Origin: the human T2T-CHM13v2.0 reference genome, Homo sapiens
Assembly (NCBI RefSeq): GCF_009914755.1
Contig: NC_060927.1
DNA length: 64,000 nt
Reading direction: 5' to 3' (one strand)
This document shows, one piece after another, positions 52,235 to 64,000 of the stretch. The notes beneath the pieces were generated by a model. It was not told where the DNA came from. It worked only from the letters and a program-made list of their open reading frames with translations, and did no database searches. The position numbers and the translations under genes are program-made. How positions within the stretch are numbered: the first letter of the stretch is position 1; every line of letters starts with the position of its first letter.

Positions 52235-52790
52235 TATCTTAAACACAACAAGTCACAAACAAGTCCCAAACAAGTCCTGATTCCTCATTCTCCACCACAA
52301 TCTTGCTTTTCCCACTATCTTTCAATCTCAGTGGCTCAGGCCAAAATTCTACATTTATCTTTGACTGTTTCTTTTTTTCTCTCATCACAGATTAAGTCTC
52401 TTAGGAATCCCATTTATATATCCTTTCAAAGTATATCCAGACTCCAACCACTTCTCACTCCCTCCTCTGCTACCACACTGGAGTAAGCCACCATTAGTTA
52501 TTACTTGAATCATTGCCAGAGTCTCACAAATATTCTCCTTGCTCCTGTCTTTGCTCTCTACATTTTTTACTACACAGAATAGTGATTCTTTAAAATCTAT
52601 GTCAGATCATGTCAGTATTCTATGCAAAATGGTGTGATGAGTCCCCATTCTAATCAAGTAAAAAACAAAGTCCTGAAAATTACCTTAAAGGTCTTTTATG
52701 GTTAAAATTCCCATTTTTTCTCTGCTTCATATCCTGTTACCTTTTCTCTTGTTCACTCCAATCCAACAACACTGAGGTTTCCTCCTCTAG
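52235..52790 (+). mobile_element. L2 internal/3' fragment
   Basis: GTGGCTCAGGCCAAAA...CTTGACT...TATATCCAGACTCCAACCACTTCTCAC...GTCAGATCATGTCA. Confidence 0.75.
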
Positions 52791-53379
52791 AATCTACAAA
52801 TCTGTCTGACTACTCTAAAATGGAGTTCAGGTTGCCACCTAAAGAAAAGCATGGCTGAGCTAGATTTATTAATATAGAATATAAACATACATTATTCTAG
52901 AAAATGAAAGCAAAGACATATAAAACTATAAATATTAAGGGTCTTTGTAAAATTATAAATAATGACAGAGCTCTACCTCTAGAGAGTTTAGCTGGAATAT
53001 TTGAAGAGGGTAATTATAGAATATTTAAAAATGAATACATTAAAACAGAAGAAATATGCTCATAAAAACATTCTGATGTTCTTGTTAATATAAAACATAG
53101 CATATGTTTTATTAATAATATTTGGATAAATTATAGATTCATAATATATCAAAAATGTATACATTGTAGAGATATCTAACTCTGTGGTTGTGATACTGTA
53201 TAAATTATTCATTCTAACTCCTAATTGTCCATTGGAATTATTTTCTGGACGGATAGATGGATGGATGATTATATTAATTCAGCGTTATACTTTTCATGAT
53301 CATAGGTGTTGCATTTATATAAATACGATGATGAGTAGATATGTATAAGATGTTTTCACTATTTTATATGACATCTTTC

Positions 53380-56190
53380 TTTTTTAACAAAATGTAAACA
53401 GCTTTCTTTTACTAGATTGACTAATTTGTAATTCTCAATGTATATACCAAACAGAATATACCATTATAAGGAAGAGAATAAAAACCACCTTAAATCTCAA
53501 CACCCTGTGGAAACCACCATGAGTGGTTTGGTGATTCTCCTTTCAAATATATAAACAAACATGCAGACACCCACATACTGACACGTATGAATATTTACAC
53601 ATGCACTATCATACCTCATACACTGCCTTTATCACACCTTTTATTCTTTTACTTAATACATCTTTCCTTCTCTTTTCCAAATTCCCCTTACCTCATCTAT
53701 GCAATATCAATAACTTTTTGCACATTTTCCCACACTCTTCTCTATGTTTATTTAACAACTGAATCACAAAACACACAGTCATATATAAGACTTATTTGTC
53801 ATTGTTATGCAAAAATGATCTCATATTACTTCTCTTCTCTGGCTTTAAAAAATTAACACATGCTCACATAAATTCTTTTAAGTGCATTAGTAGAGCCTTA
53901 ATTCATTCCTTAAAAATTCCAAATGATATTTCAAGTATACTTGTACCATAATAATTCACCAAATCCCTTATCATTCTATACAATTTTTACCAGCAGTTGC
54001 TTCTTACTTCTATAAATGATTCCACAACTGATATATTTATACATATGTATTTATCAGCTGGTGCTTTTATTTGTATGAGATGGAGTCACAGGAGCATAAA
54101 TGGTGGCTTTGGATTTATTAAGCTAGAAGATAGTGTAATGCAGACCACTGCCATAATGACAATGCAAAGGCTCCATATGCTTCCAAAGTATCATTTATCA
54201 TCATGATGGAAAAAAAAATTGAGGCTAGGCAAGGATTCTGAGAATATATCACCAAGCACCACTTTTAAATAAAATATTAGAAAAGAACTCTTCAAACCAA
54301 ATGAATCAGAACAGGAATATCAAATAGCAGAAGATTAAGTGAAAAAGAGAACAAGGTAAGCAAAGAATCTTGCAATATGTATAGTTAATTGTAAAAAAAA
54401 CTTAGACTAAATGTGAATGAGGAAGTTAAGAGATAAAGATTGCCATGGAAGGGAGGTACTGCAAGGAGAAAACTGAAACTAAAAGTCAAAACAGCAGATG
54501 CTGGTGAGGCTGTGGAGAAACAGTAATGCTTTTACACTGTTGGTGGGAATGTAAATTAGTTCAGCCATGTGGAAGACAGTGTGGTGATTCCCCAAAGACC
54601 TAGAACTAGAAATACCATTTGACCTAGCAATCCAATTACTGGGTACATACCCAAAGAAATACAAATAATTCTATTATAAAGATATATGCATGCATATGTT
54701 TGTTGTATTACTATTCATACAACAAATGTATGGGCAAAGAATCAACTCAAATGCCCATCAATGAGAGACTGGATAAAGAAAATGTGGTATATATACACCA
54801 TAGAATACTATGCAGCCATAAAAAGGAATGGGATCTTGTCCTTTGCAGGGACATGGATGGTACTGGAAGCCATTATCCTCAGCAAACTAATTCAGGAACA
54901 GAAAACGAAACACCGCATGTTCTCACCTATAAGTAGGAGCTGAACAATGAGAACACATGAACACAGGGAGGGGAACAACATACACTGGGGCCTGTTGGGG
55001 TTGGGAGTGTAGGGGAAGGGAGAGGATCAGGATAAATAGCTAATGCATGTGGGGCTTAATACTTAGGTGATGGGTTGATCTGTACAGCATACCACCATGG
55101 CACACGTTTACCTATGTAACAAACCTGCATGTCCTGTACATGTATCCCAGAATGTAAAATAAAATAAAGTAAGATATTAAAAAATACCGAAAAAAGTCAG
55201 TCCTAAATTATCTCAGCAACACTTGGGACAGGAGGAGGAGGGGGACTATGTATTCTGAAATTTTCAGGAGGCTGTCCCTTCAGAAAGCAGAGCCTCTTGA
55301 AGGGGGAAATACATGAATTTGGGGAAAGGAAAGGTAACTATATACACAAATATCCAAGTTAACAAGGGATAAAACAGCATAAGTAATTACAAAAACAGAT
55401 GAAGTAATAAAGCAAAATAAATTGCACATGTTAATGGGACAAAACAATAAAATGAAATAAGTAAGTTTCTACATTAAATGTGAGCATGCTCAATGATTCT
55501 AAAAAACAGTGATAGCAAGACTAGAGTAAAACTTCACACCTAGCTATTTTCTGTTTTTAAGAAACACTTAAAATTGCACATTGAAAGAGGTTGAAAATGA
55601 AGATATGATCAAAGAGAGACAAGACAAGGAAAGCAAAATGAAAGTGGCAGTATAAATAATATAAAGAGTTGAATTTTAGGTTAATAGCAATAAAGAATAT
55701 TGAGGTGCAGAATTTAATAAAGAGCTCCAAGTTAAGAAAGAAATATTATAATAAAAAATTCTTAGGCACTGAAATAAATAGCAGCTGAATATATTCAAAG
55801 CCAATGCTACTAGTAATGCAATAAAAAACCTTTAAAGATTAAAAGATTTTAGTATATTTCTTTTAAGATTAGATAGATATCATGAGCAAAAAATAGATAA
55901 AATATAAGGTAACTGAATAATATATTCAATAAATTTCATTATATATTTGTATGCATAGGCAATATCAATAAAGAGATATACAGAGACACTTATGGACTAC
56001 AAATGATGGACATAATCTATATCTAAATTTTAGATATGATCATAATTAAGAAATAGAAATAAATTATTAAAAGGTGAGCTTTTGAAAACAAAAAAAAACT
56101 TACCTAATTTAAAATTAAGAAATACTCTTATAAGTAATATCCAGTTATTGTGGAAATGAAATTAAAGTGGCAAGCAATGTAAGAGTAATG
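53380..56190. mobile_element. Very old L1ME/HAL1-type fragments flanking a younger L1PA
   Basis: Decayed endonuclease-like phrases (TTAAATGTGAGCATGCTCAAT; CTATTTTCTGTTTTTAAGAAACACTTAAAA). Confidence 0.45.
54481..55185 (+). mobile_element. L1PA15/16-like 3' end
   Basis: ORF2 C-terminus (WIKKMWYIYTIEYYAAIKRN) and 3'UTR with GGGTTGATCTGT. Confidence 0.92.
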
Positions 56191-56202
56191 CAAATGAGAA
56201 TA

Positions 56203-56531
56203 CAGATGTTCCTGCCTATCCGTGTGTTCTGTTTGCATGGATTCAGCCAGTCTCATATTGAAAATATTTTTTAATTGCACCTCTACTGAATACGTACAGA
56301 CTTTTTCTTGTCGTGATTCCCCAAACAATACAGTATAACAACTATTTACATAACTTTCACATTGTATTAAGTATTATAAGTAATCTAGAAGTGATTCAAA
56401 GTATATGGGAGGATGTGCATACTATATGCAAATACTATATCATTTTTATATCAGTGATTTGTGAATTCACAGATTTTGGTATCTGAGGAAGGTCCTGAAA
56501 CCAATCCTCCATGGATACTAAGGGACGACTG
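56203..56531. mobile_element. MER2 (Tigger-family MITE), complete
   Basis: TA|CAG...GGATACTAAGGGACGACTG|TA, with TA TSDs. Confidence 0.92.
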
Positions 56532-56544
56532 TATTAAAATACTC

Positions 56545-59085
56545 CACTATTATTGTGTTGCCATCTATCTCATTTCTTAGGTGTAGCAGTGATTGTTTTA
56601 TAAATTTGGGAGCTCCCATGTTAGATGCATGCATATTTAGGACTGTGATATTTTTCTTTTGGATAGTCTTTTATCATTATATAATGTCCCTCTTTCTCTT
56701 TTTAAACTTCTGTTGTTTTTAAGTTTGTTTTGTCTAATGTAAGAATAGCTACTCCTGCTTGCTTTTGGTGTCCATTTGCATGGAATATCTTTTTCCACCC
56801 CTTTACCTTAAGTTTACGTGAGTCCTTGTGTTAGGTGAGTCTCCTGAAGACAGCAGAAACTTGGTTGGTGAATTCTTATTCATTCTGCCATTCCGTATCT
56901 TTTAAGTGGAGCATTTAGGCCATTTACATTCAATGTTAGTATTGAGATGTGAGGTACTATTCTATTCATTGTCCTATTTGTTGTCTGAATATCTTTTTTT
57001 AATTGTGTTATTATTATATAGGTCCTATGAGATTTATGCTTTATGGAGGTTCTATTTTGGTGTATCTTGAGGATTTGTTTCAAGACTTAGAGCCCATTTT
57101 AGCAGTTCTTGTGGTTCTGGCTTGGTAGTGGCAAATTTTCTCAGCATTTGTTTGTCTGGAAGACTGTATCTTTCCTTCATTTATGAAGCTTAGTTTCACT
57201 GGATACAAAATTCTTGGCTGAATTTTGTTTAAGGAGGCTAAAAACAGGACCCCAGTCCCTTCTAGCTTGGTTACTGCTGATAAATCTGCTGCTGTTACTC
57301 TGATAGGTTTTTTTTTTTTAATAGGTTACCTGATGCTTTTGCCTCACAGCTCTTAAGATTCTTTCCTCTGTCTTGACTTTAGATAACCTGATGACTATGT
57401 GCCTCGGTGATGATCTTTTTGTGATCAATTTCCCAGGTGTTCCTTGAGCTTCTTATATTTGGGTGTCTAGATCTCTGGCAAGGCCAGGGAGGTTATCCTA
57501 GATTATTCCCTCAAATATATTTTCCAAACTTAGATTTCTCTTCTTCCTTGGGAAAACCAATTATTCTTAGGTTTGGACACTTAACATAGTCCCAAACTTC
57601 TTAGAGGCTTTGTTCATTTTTTTAAATTCTTTTTTTCTTTGTTTTTCACGGATTGGGTTAATTTGAACATCTTGTCTTTGAGCTCTGAAGTTCTTTCTTC
57701 TGCTTGTTTGATTTTATTGCTGAGATTTTCCAGTGCATTTTGCATTTATCTAAGTGTGTCCTTGATTTCCAGAAGTTGTGATTGTCTTTTATTTCTGCTA
57801 TTTCACTGAAGATTTTTTCTTTCCTATTCTGTATCAAGTTTTTGATTTTTTAAAGTTGGAATTCTCCTTTCTCGGTGCCTCCTTGCTTAGCTTACTAATA
57901 GACTTTCTGAATTATTTTTTGGGCAATTAAGAGTTTTGTCTTAGTTTGGATACATTGCTTGTGAGCTGGTGTGATCTTTTGGAGATGTTAAAGAACCTTA
58001 TTTTGTCATATTACCAGAATTGTTTTTCTGGTTCCTTCTCACTTGGGTAGACTATATCAGAGGGAAGATGTGGGGCTCCAGGGCTGCTTTTCAGATTTGT
58101 TTCACAGGGTGTTCCCTTGAAATGGAGTTCTCCCCCTTCCCCTAGGGATGGGGCTTCCTGAGAGCCAAAGTGCAGTGATGATTGTTTTTGCTCTTCTGGG
58201 TCTAACCACCCAGCAGATCTACTGGGCTCCAGGCTGCTACTGGGGAATGTCTGCAAAGAGTCTTGTGATGTGATCTATCTTCAGGTGTTTCAGCTGTGGA
58301 TACCAGCTTCTGTGGAGGAAACAGAAGAGTGAAGCAGACTCTTTGAGGGTCCTTGGTTGTATTTTTGTTTAGTGAGCTGGTTTTGTGTTGGTCGGCCTCC
58401 AGCCAGGAGGTGATGCTTTCAAGAGCACATTGGCTGTGGTACTATAGGAAGGAAGCAAACTTGCCTGGTTAAGTATTGAGGTTTCTCAGGTGGTGGACAG
58501 GGCCATAGAGCTCCCAAGAGATTGTGTCCTTTGTCTTAGGCAACCTGGGCGGGCAGAGAAAGACCACCAGGTGGGGGCAGGGATAGGCATGTCTGAGCAC
58601 AGCCTCTCCTTGGGCAGGGCTTACTGCAGCTGATATGGGGCATGGGGGTGTGGTTCTCAGGCCAATGGAGGTATTTTCCCAGGGGGATTACGGCTGCCTC
58701 TGCTGAGTCACACAGGTCACCAGGGAAGTAGGGGAAAGCCTGCAGTCACATGCCACACTCCACTCCCATGCAGCCCACAGTCCTAAAGGCTGGTCTCACT
58801 CCCACCATGCCCCACCAACAGCACAGAGTCTATTTCCGGTGACCAGGGCTGAGAAGTTGCCTCAGACCACCAGCCTCCCCGCTGAGACTCAGTTTTTCAG
58901 CATCTCAGGGAGCCTGCAGCAGTGATCCAGTTCCTTCAGAGGGTCTGTGGATTCTCTCAGCTTTCCTGGTATGTTGCTGTGGTACTTCTTGGAGTAAAAG
59001 TTCACAATGCGAGTCGCCACACGCTGCTCTGCCTGTGTGAGTGGGAGCTGCAAGCTAGTCCTGCCTCCTACCTGCCATCTTTATT
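56545..59085 (-). mobile_element. L1PB-type 5' portion (5'UTR, ORF1, start of the ORF2 endonuclease), 3'-truncated
   Basis: MNRIVPHISILTLNVNGLNAPLKRY; 5' terminus GCCATCTT. Confidence 0.88.
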
Positions 59086-59099
59086 CAGTATCTCACAAG

Positions 59100-60440
59100 T
59101 AAGAAAATTAAATCAGCAGTCAAACTTTTTAAACAACAACAAAAAAAGCCCCGGACCAGATGGCTTCATTTGTGAATTTTATGAACATTTCAAAAACAAT
59201 TAACACCAACCCTTTTAAAGCTCCTCCAAAAAACTGAACAACAAAGACTTCCAAACTCATTTTATGAAGCCATCATTACCCTGATACTAAAGCCAGACAG
59301 AAAGGCTAAATGAAAAAGAAAACTATAGGCTAATATTCCTGATGAACATAGGTATAACAGTCCTCAACAAAAGACTATGAAATTGTATTTACTAGTACAT
59401 TGAAAGAATCGTACACCATGACCAAGGGGAATTTATTTCTGGGATGAAGGAGGGTTCAGGATAGGCAAGCTAATTAATGTGATATACCACACTTACAAAA
59501 TGAAGGGTAAAAAGTCACATGACTATCTAAGTAAAGGCAAAAAAGCATTTGAAAAAATTGAGCACACTTTTATGAGAAAAACTCTCAACAAACTAGGTAA
59601 AGAAGTAATTTACCTCAATATAATAAGCAATATATAAAAGGTCCTACACCTAACATTATATCTGATGGTGAAAAATTGAAAGCCTTTTCTCAAAGATTAT
59701 AAACAAGGCAAGGATGCCCAGTCTCATTACTTTTATTCAACATAGTACTGGAAGTCTTAGCTAGAGTGATAAGGTTAACTTTGTGTCCCCACCCAAATCT
59801 CATCTTGAATTGTAATTCCCATAATCCCTACATGTGGAGGGAGGGTCCCAGTGGGAGGTGATTGGATCATGAGGGGGGTTTCCCCCATGCTGTTCTCATG
59901 ATAGTGAGTGAGTTCTCACGAGATCTGATGGTTTTATAAGACAGGTTTCCCTGCTCTTGCTCTCTCTCTCACCTACTGCCATGTAAGACGTGCCTGCTTA
60001 TCCTTCTGTGATGATGGTAAGTTTCCTGAGACCCCCGGCCATATGGAACTGTGAGTCAATTAAACTACTTTCCTTTACAAGTTACCCAGTCTCAGGCGTT
60101 CTGACAGCAATGTGAAAATGGAATAATACATAGAGTAATTAGGAAAGAAAGAGAAATAAAAGGCATCCAAATCAGAAAAGAGGAAATAAAATTCTCTCTG
60201 CAGTTGAAATGATCTTATATGGAGAAACCTCTAAGGACCCCACAAAAAATTGTTTAAATGAGTACACAAATTCAGTAAAGTTTCAGGATACAAAATTGAC
60301 AAACAAAAATAAGTTGTGTTTCTATACACTAACAACAAACTATTCAACAAACAAAATGGGTATTCTTCATTTTCTTAAAACAATCCCATTTACAACAGCA
60401 ACAAAAATAATGAAACACTTAAAACTTAATCAAGGAAGTG
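59100..60440 (+). mobile_element. L1M ORF2 (RT region) fragment interrupted by a THE1 LTR
   Basis: KKSPGPDGF..EFY translation; MILY...KD...FSK-like downstream. Confidence 0.88.
59767..60130 (+). mobile_element. THE1 (THE1D-like) solo LTR
   Basis: TGATAAGGTT...TAATACA; perfect TSD TAGAG at 59762-59766 and 60131-60135. Confidence 0.93.
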
Positions 60441-60479
60441 AATTAGTGTTAGATATTACTATTTTTTCTTTAATTTCAT

Positions 60480-61270
60480 TGTTACGTATATAAAAATATG
60501 GCTGTATTTTATTATTTATGGACACAGGCAGTTTTTTGTTTATTATTACAGACAATTCTGTAACAATACTAATTCTAAACAGATTTTTGTATAGAGGTAC
60601 AATCTAGGCTAGATAGTAAGACATGGAATTATTAAGCTAAAGGGTGTGGCCACTGAAAATGTAAGTATATACTATAAAATTGTTATGTTAAAATGTTGTA
60701 TAAATTTACATTTCCACAAAGCATGTGCTTTAGAACTATTTCTTCATTTGATGTTTACATTTTTGCCAATTGGATTAGTGGGAAAGGTATTTCATTATTG
60801 GCTTACTTTACATTTTTGATATGACAGTACAAGTAAACATTTTTACATAGCTCTATTAGTTATTTGTATTTTGCCATCTGGTAATTGGCTAAAAATTAAT
60901 TCTTTGTTCCTTTTCTTATTTTGATTTTGTCTTTTCCTTTTAATTTTTAATAAAGATTGACAATATTCTGGTTATTGATAATTTACACATATTGAAAATA
61001 TGTTCTCCCAGTCTTTCATTTCATTAGATTTTAACTTTCTTTATAGCACTTTTTTTGGTTGTTCAGAACTTTTTAACATTTAAATAATCAAGCTGATAAT
61101 TGCTTTATTATTTATTCTAAAGTAGGTCTTGTTTTAAGAAGGACTTCTCTTCTTAAAGGGAATAATATATGTTATATTATTTCTTATTTTTCTACATTTT
61201 CTTTTAGTTCTTTTTATTTAGTTTAATCATTATCCCTTTAATACAGCCGAAAATTGTTTTGTACATTTCT
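60480..61270 (-). mobile_element. Old L1ME fragments
   Basis: TTTTGCCAATTGGATTAGTGGGAAAGGTATTTCATT...AAATATGTTCTCCCAGTCT. Confidence 0.5.
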
Positions 61271-61589
61271 ATTCATGCATTTTTTTAATAGAAAAGAAAA
61301 CATGTTCACATATATGAACACAGTAAATTAGAAACATTTTCAATGGGAAAAATCCTGAGAATCCTAAAGTGTTCAAGATAACAGATTATTTAAAGGATTT
61401 TATATGACTTTTAAAAAGCATCTCTTTTGAATGTTAATTTGAATATTTGAATATTTGAGAAAAAACTGATTGAGTTTAAGATTTCAGGGAATATAGCGAA
61501 TCTAAATAATCAGTTTTTGATTTTGCTGTTATTAACACTACTAACCAACAGAACCAAAATTAGAAAATTACAAAAGCAAAAATAGTGTA

Positions 61590-62085
61590 GTACCCCATTC
61601 TAGTGATTAACGTCAATAGTGATGTCATATTGATAGTATGTTCCTTCATAGGATATAATGAAAATGATACAAACCTCTGTGGTCTTTCTTTCCAAAACGG
61701 TATGTTTGTCTAATTGTGAAAAAACACTCAAAACCAAAATAAATAAATAAATACAATCCAGACAAAGAAGCAGGCAAAGCCCACATGAGAGACATTCTAC
61801 AAAATATCTGACTAGTACCTATCTCTTCAAAACTAAGGAAGTCTGAGAAGCTTTCACAGACAAGAAGAACCTAAGGACACATGATGACTAAATGTAATGC
61901 AGTGCCCTAGATGAGATCCTGGAAGAGAAAAGGGACACGAAATTAAAAACTACAGAACTCTGAATAAAGCATGTACTTCATTAATAATGAAGTGCCAATA
62001 TTGCTTCACTAATGTAATGTAATGCAGAGGAAACTGGGTACACTATTTATGTGTTAACTTCAACAGTTTTCTGTAAATCTAAAAA
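61590..62085 (+). mobile_element. L1MC/MD 3' fragment
   Basis: GAGACATTCTACAAAATATCTGACTAGTAC...ATGACTAAATGTAATG...GATCCTGGAA. Confidence 0.7.
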
Positions 62086-63190
62086 GAAAAACATGGCTTA
62101 GCTTATGGAATTAGCTTATGTTAAGATAATTTTACAGAAGAAACTATGACTTTTCTTTAATATCGTTAAGATTACATGACCAGTTTTCTATGGTGATGTT
62201 GGCTGTGTGGTTCAGTGGATAAACATATAGCAGCAGACATTAATTGTGTTTCGTTATAAAAGCTTGGTAAATATAAGCACTGCTTTCAGGAGAAGCAAGG
62301 AAGAGAAATAATTGTATTGCTTTCTTGAACAAAATAAGTAAATGTTCCTATTTCTAAATCAGATTAGGGTTTCTGTTTTGTCTTCTTTTTTTCAATTTTC
62401 TGCCTCTAATTAAATAAAAAGTACGAAAAGAAAGCAGAAGAATTTTTAAGAGATATTACTGGGGCAGAGAGACCTTTTTTAAAAAGACGCAATCTTAGAA
62501 GCTGTCTTTTTTTGCATCTGGTATACTGTCAAGTTGATGATATGAATTCCTCAAGGAATATAATAGATTTTCATATAGTTTATGCAGGTATGAGATAAAT
62601 GATTTTTAGTGATACAACATTGAAAAAGTGAATATCAGATACTCTACATAGTTGTTCTCTGACATATATTTAAAACTCAGTGCTCCCAAGGTAGTTTAAC
62701 AAGCTGTGTGCTGTCCAGAAAGATGTGAACAATGTGAGCATTTTTTTCAGAGAAACTGTAATCCAGTTATTAATTGGATAGCTGAATGAGGATGAGAGGA
62801 TTATAGCTTTCATCTTGTGGCTTATCAAAACCAGTATCTGCATCTTGCCCGCTTTTTAAATTTTAATTAGAATTGACAGCAGAAGTCAAATCCTTTAGGC
62901 AATATGAAAATAGTATATCATACATTCAAGTTAATGCATTTTAAAATTTATTATTGAGGTAGTCTTTATCCCAGTGATAGACAGGGGCTTGGAGATCATC
63001 TACAACACTACTGAGAACTCTTTAACACCACGTTAGGCATACCCATCTACCACAATGAAAACATTGAAGTGATATTCGCATTTTGCTTTTATCTCCTGGA
63101 ATTTCATAACATATGAGGAGCATGTGGTCATATGAGATCAAGGAAGATAAATGCTAATCTGCATTTTTCTTAAATGGGCAAAATAAGTCA

Positions 63191-63196
<6 letters not shown>

Positions 63197-63223
<27 letters not shown>

Positions 63224-63513
63224 TTTTTTTGAGACGGAGTCTCACTCTGTTTCCCAGGCTGGAGTGCAGTGGCACAATCTTGCCTCACTGCAACCTCCGA
63301 CCCCCCTGGTTCAAGTGATTCTCCTGCCTCAGCCTCCCAAGTAGCTGGAATTACAGGTGCCCACCACCATGCCCGGCTAATTTTTGTATTTTTAGTAGAA
63401 ACGGGGTTTCACCACGTTGGCCAGGCTGGTCTCGAACTCCTGGCCTCAAGTGATCCACTTGCCTCAGCCTCCCAAAGTGCTGGGATTGCAGGCGTGAGCC
63501 ACCGAGCCTGACC
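63197..63513 (-). mobile_element. AluS (Sx/Sz-like)
   Basis: Full dimeric Alu; TSD AAGTCACTTTTCT. Confidence 0.95.
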
Positions 63514-64000
63514 AAGTCACTTTTCTAATGTATTCTACATCTAAATATGTTCTACAGTCTCTTGTTGCTGTCTTTGCAGAGTTCAAGTTTATATTTCCAC
63601 TGAAGCTAATGACTAATACAATGCTTTGGAATTTGTGGGGTTCTGATCTTTTCTTGTTTAGAACTATTTTCAAATAAACACATTTCTTTTTGTTTCTTTT
63701 TTAAATGTGCAAAATCACAACTGATGTTTGCCTCTGTATCTTCTATTGAAGTTCAGTATTCTCTATTTGGTATTTTTCATGACTTAGAAAATGTAATTAT
63801 TTCCATGTCACAAAAATAAAACTATTTATAATTATGATAACCTTTACAAGTGATTTTTCCCAAAGGATAATTGACTTTAATATTTAAAATATAAGTTTGG
63901 CATATACCTCTAATTGTGTGTGGAGACAAACTCATTTCTTCTTCTATTTACAGGTACATAAATGCATATGATACTCTGATCTCATTATAGGATTAATAAC

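Noticed and set aside
56545-60440. Twin-priming 5'-inverted L1 made of the minus and plus pieces
   Set aside because: The geometry fits, but the pieces look like different subfamilies (L1PB vs older L1M), roughly 0.9 kb of ORF2 is missing between them, and there is no 3' end or TSD.

Overview
This is AT-rich, CpG-poor primate genomic DNA. An AluY-type element points to a catarrhine genome, and it is human-like. I find no prokaryotic features, no recognisable protein-coding exon, no tRNA or rRNA, and no CpG island. Roughly half of the window is recognisable interspersed repeat: about 11 Alu/FLAM/FRAM copies; four large minus-strand L1 pieces (17.3-22.1, 29.3-33.7, 35.0-35.7 and 56.5-59.1 kb) plus several plus-strand L1 fragments; MaLR/ERVL solo LTRs (MLT1, MLT2, THE1), several with intact 5-bp target-site duplications (TSDs); MIR, L2 and CR1/L3 fossils; and DNA transposons (MER2, MER3, MADE2, Tigger4, an ancient Tigger/pogo transposase fossil). 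The ORF track is essentially noise from repeats and chance. The minus-strand bias of the L1s and several good plus-strand splice signals suggest an intron of a plus-strand gene or lncRNA, which is an inference. The best observations are: (1) a short L1PA insertion with a 17-bp TSD carrying an apparent 70-bp 3' transduction at 38.1-38.6 kb; (2) a CR1/L3 reverse-transcriptase fossil with an open frame at 14.5 kb; (3) an ancient Tigger-type transposase fossil at 45.5-46.1 kb, preceded by a GC-rich exon/enhancer-like patch; (4) a cluster of candidate plus-strand exons at 26.0-29.3 kb. I see no support for a new multi-gene biological system. Repeat subfamily names come from my recall of consensus sequences, not from a search, and the boundaries of old repeats are approximate.
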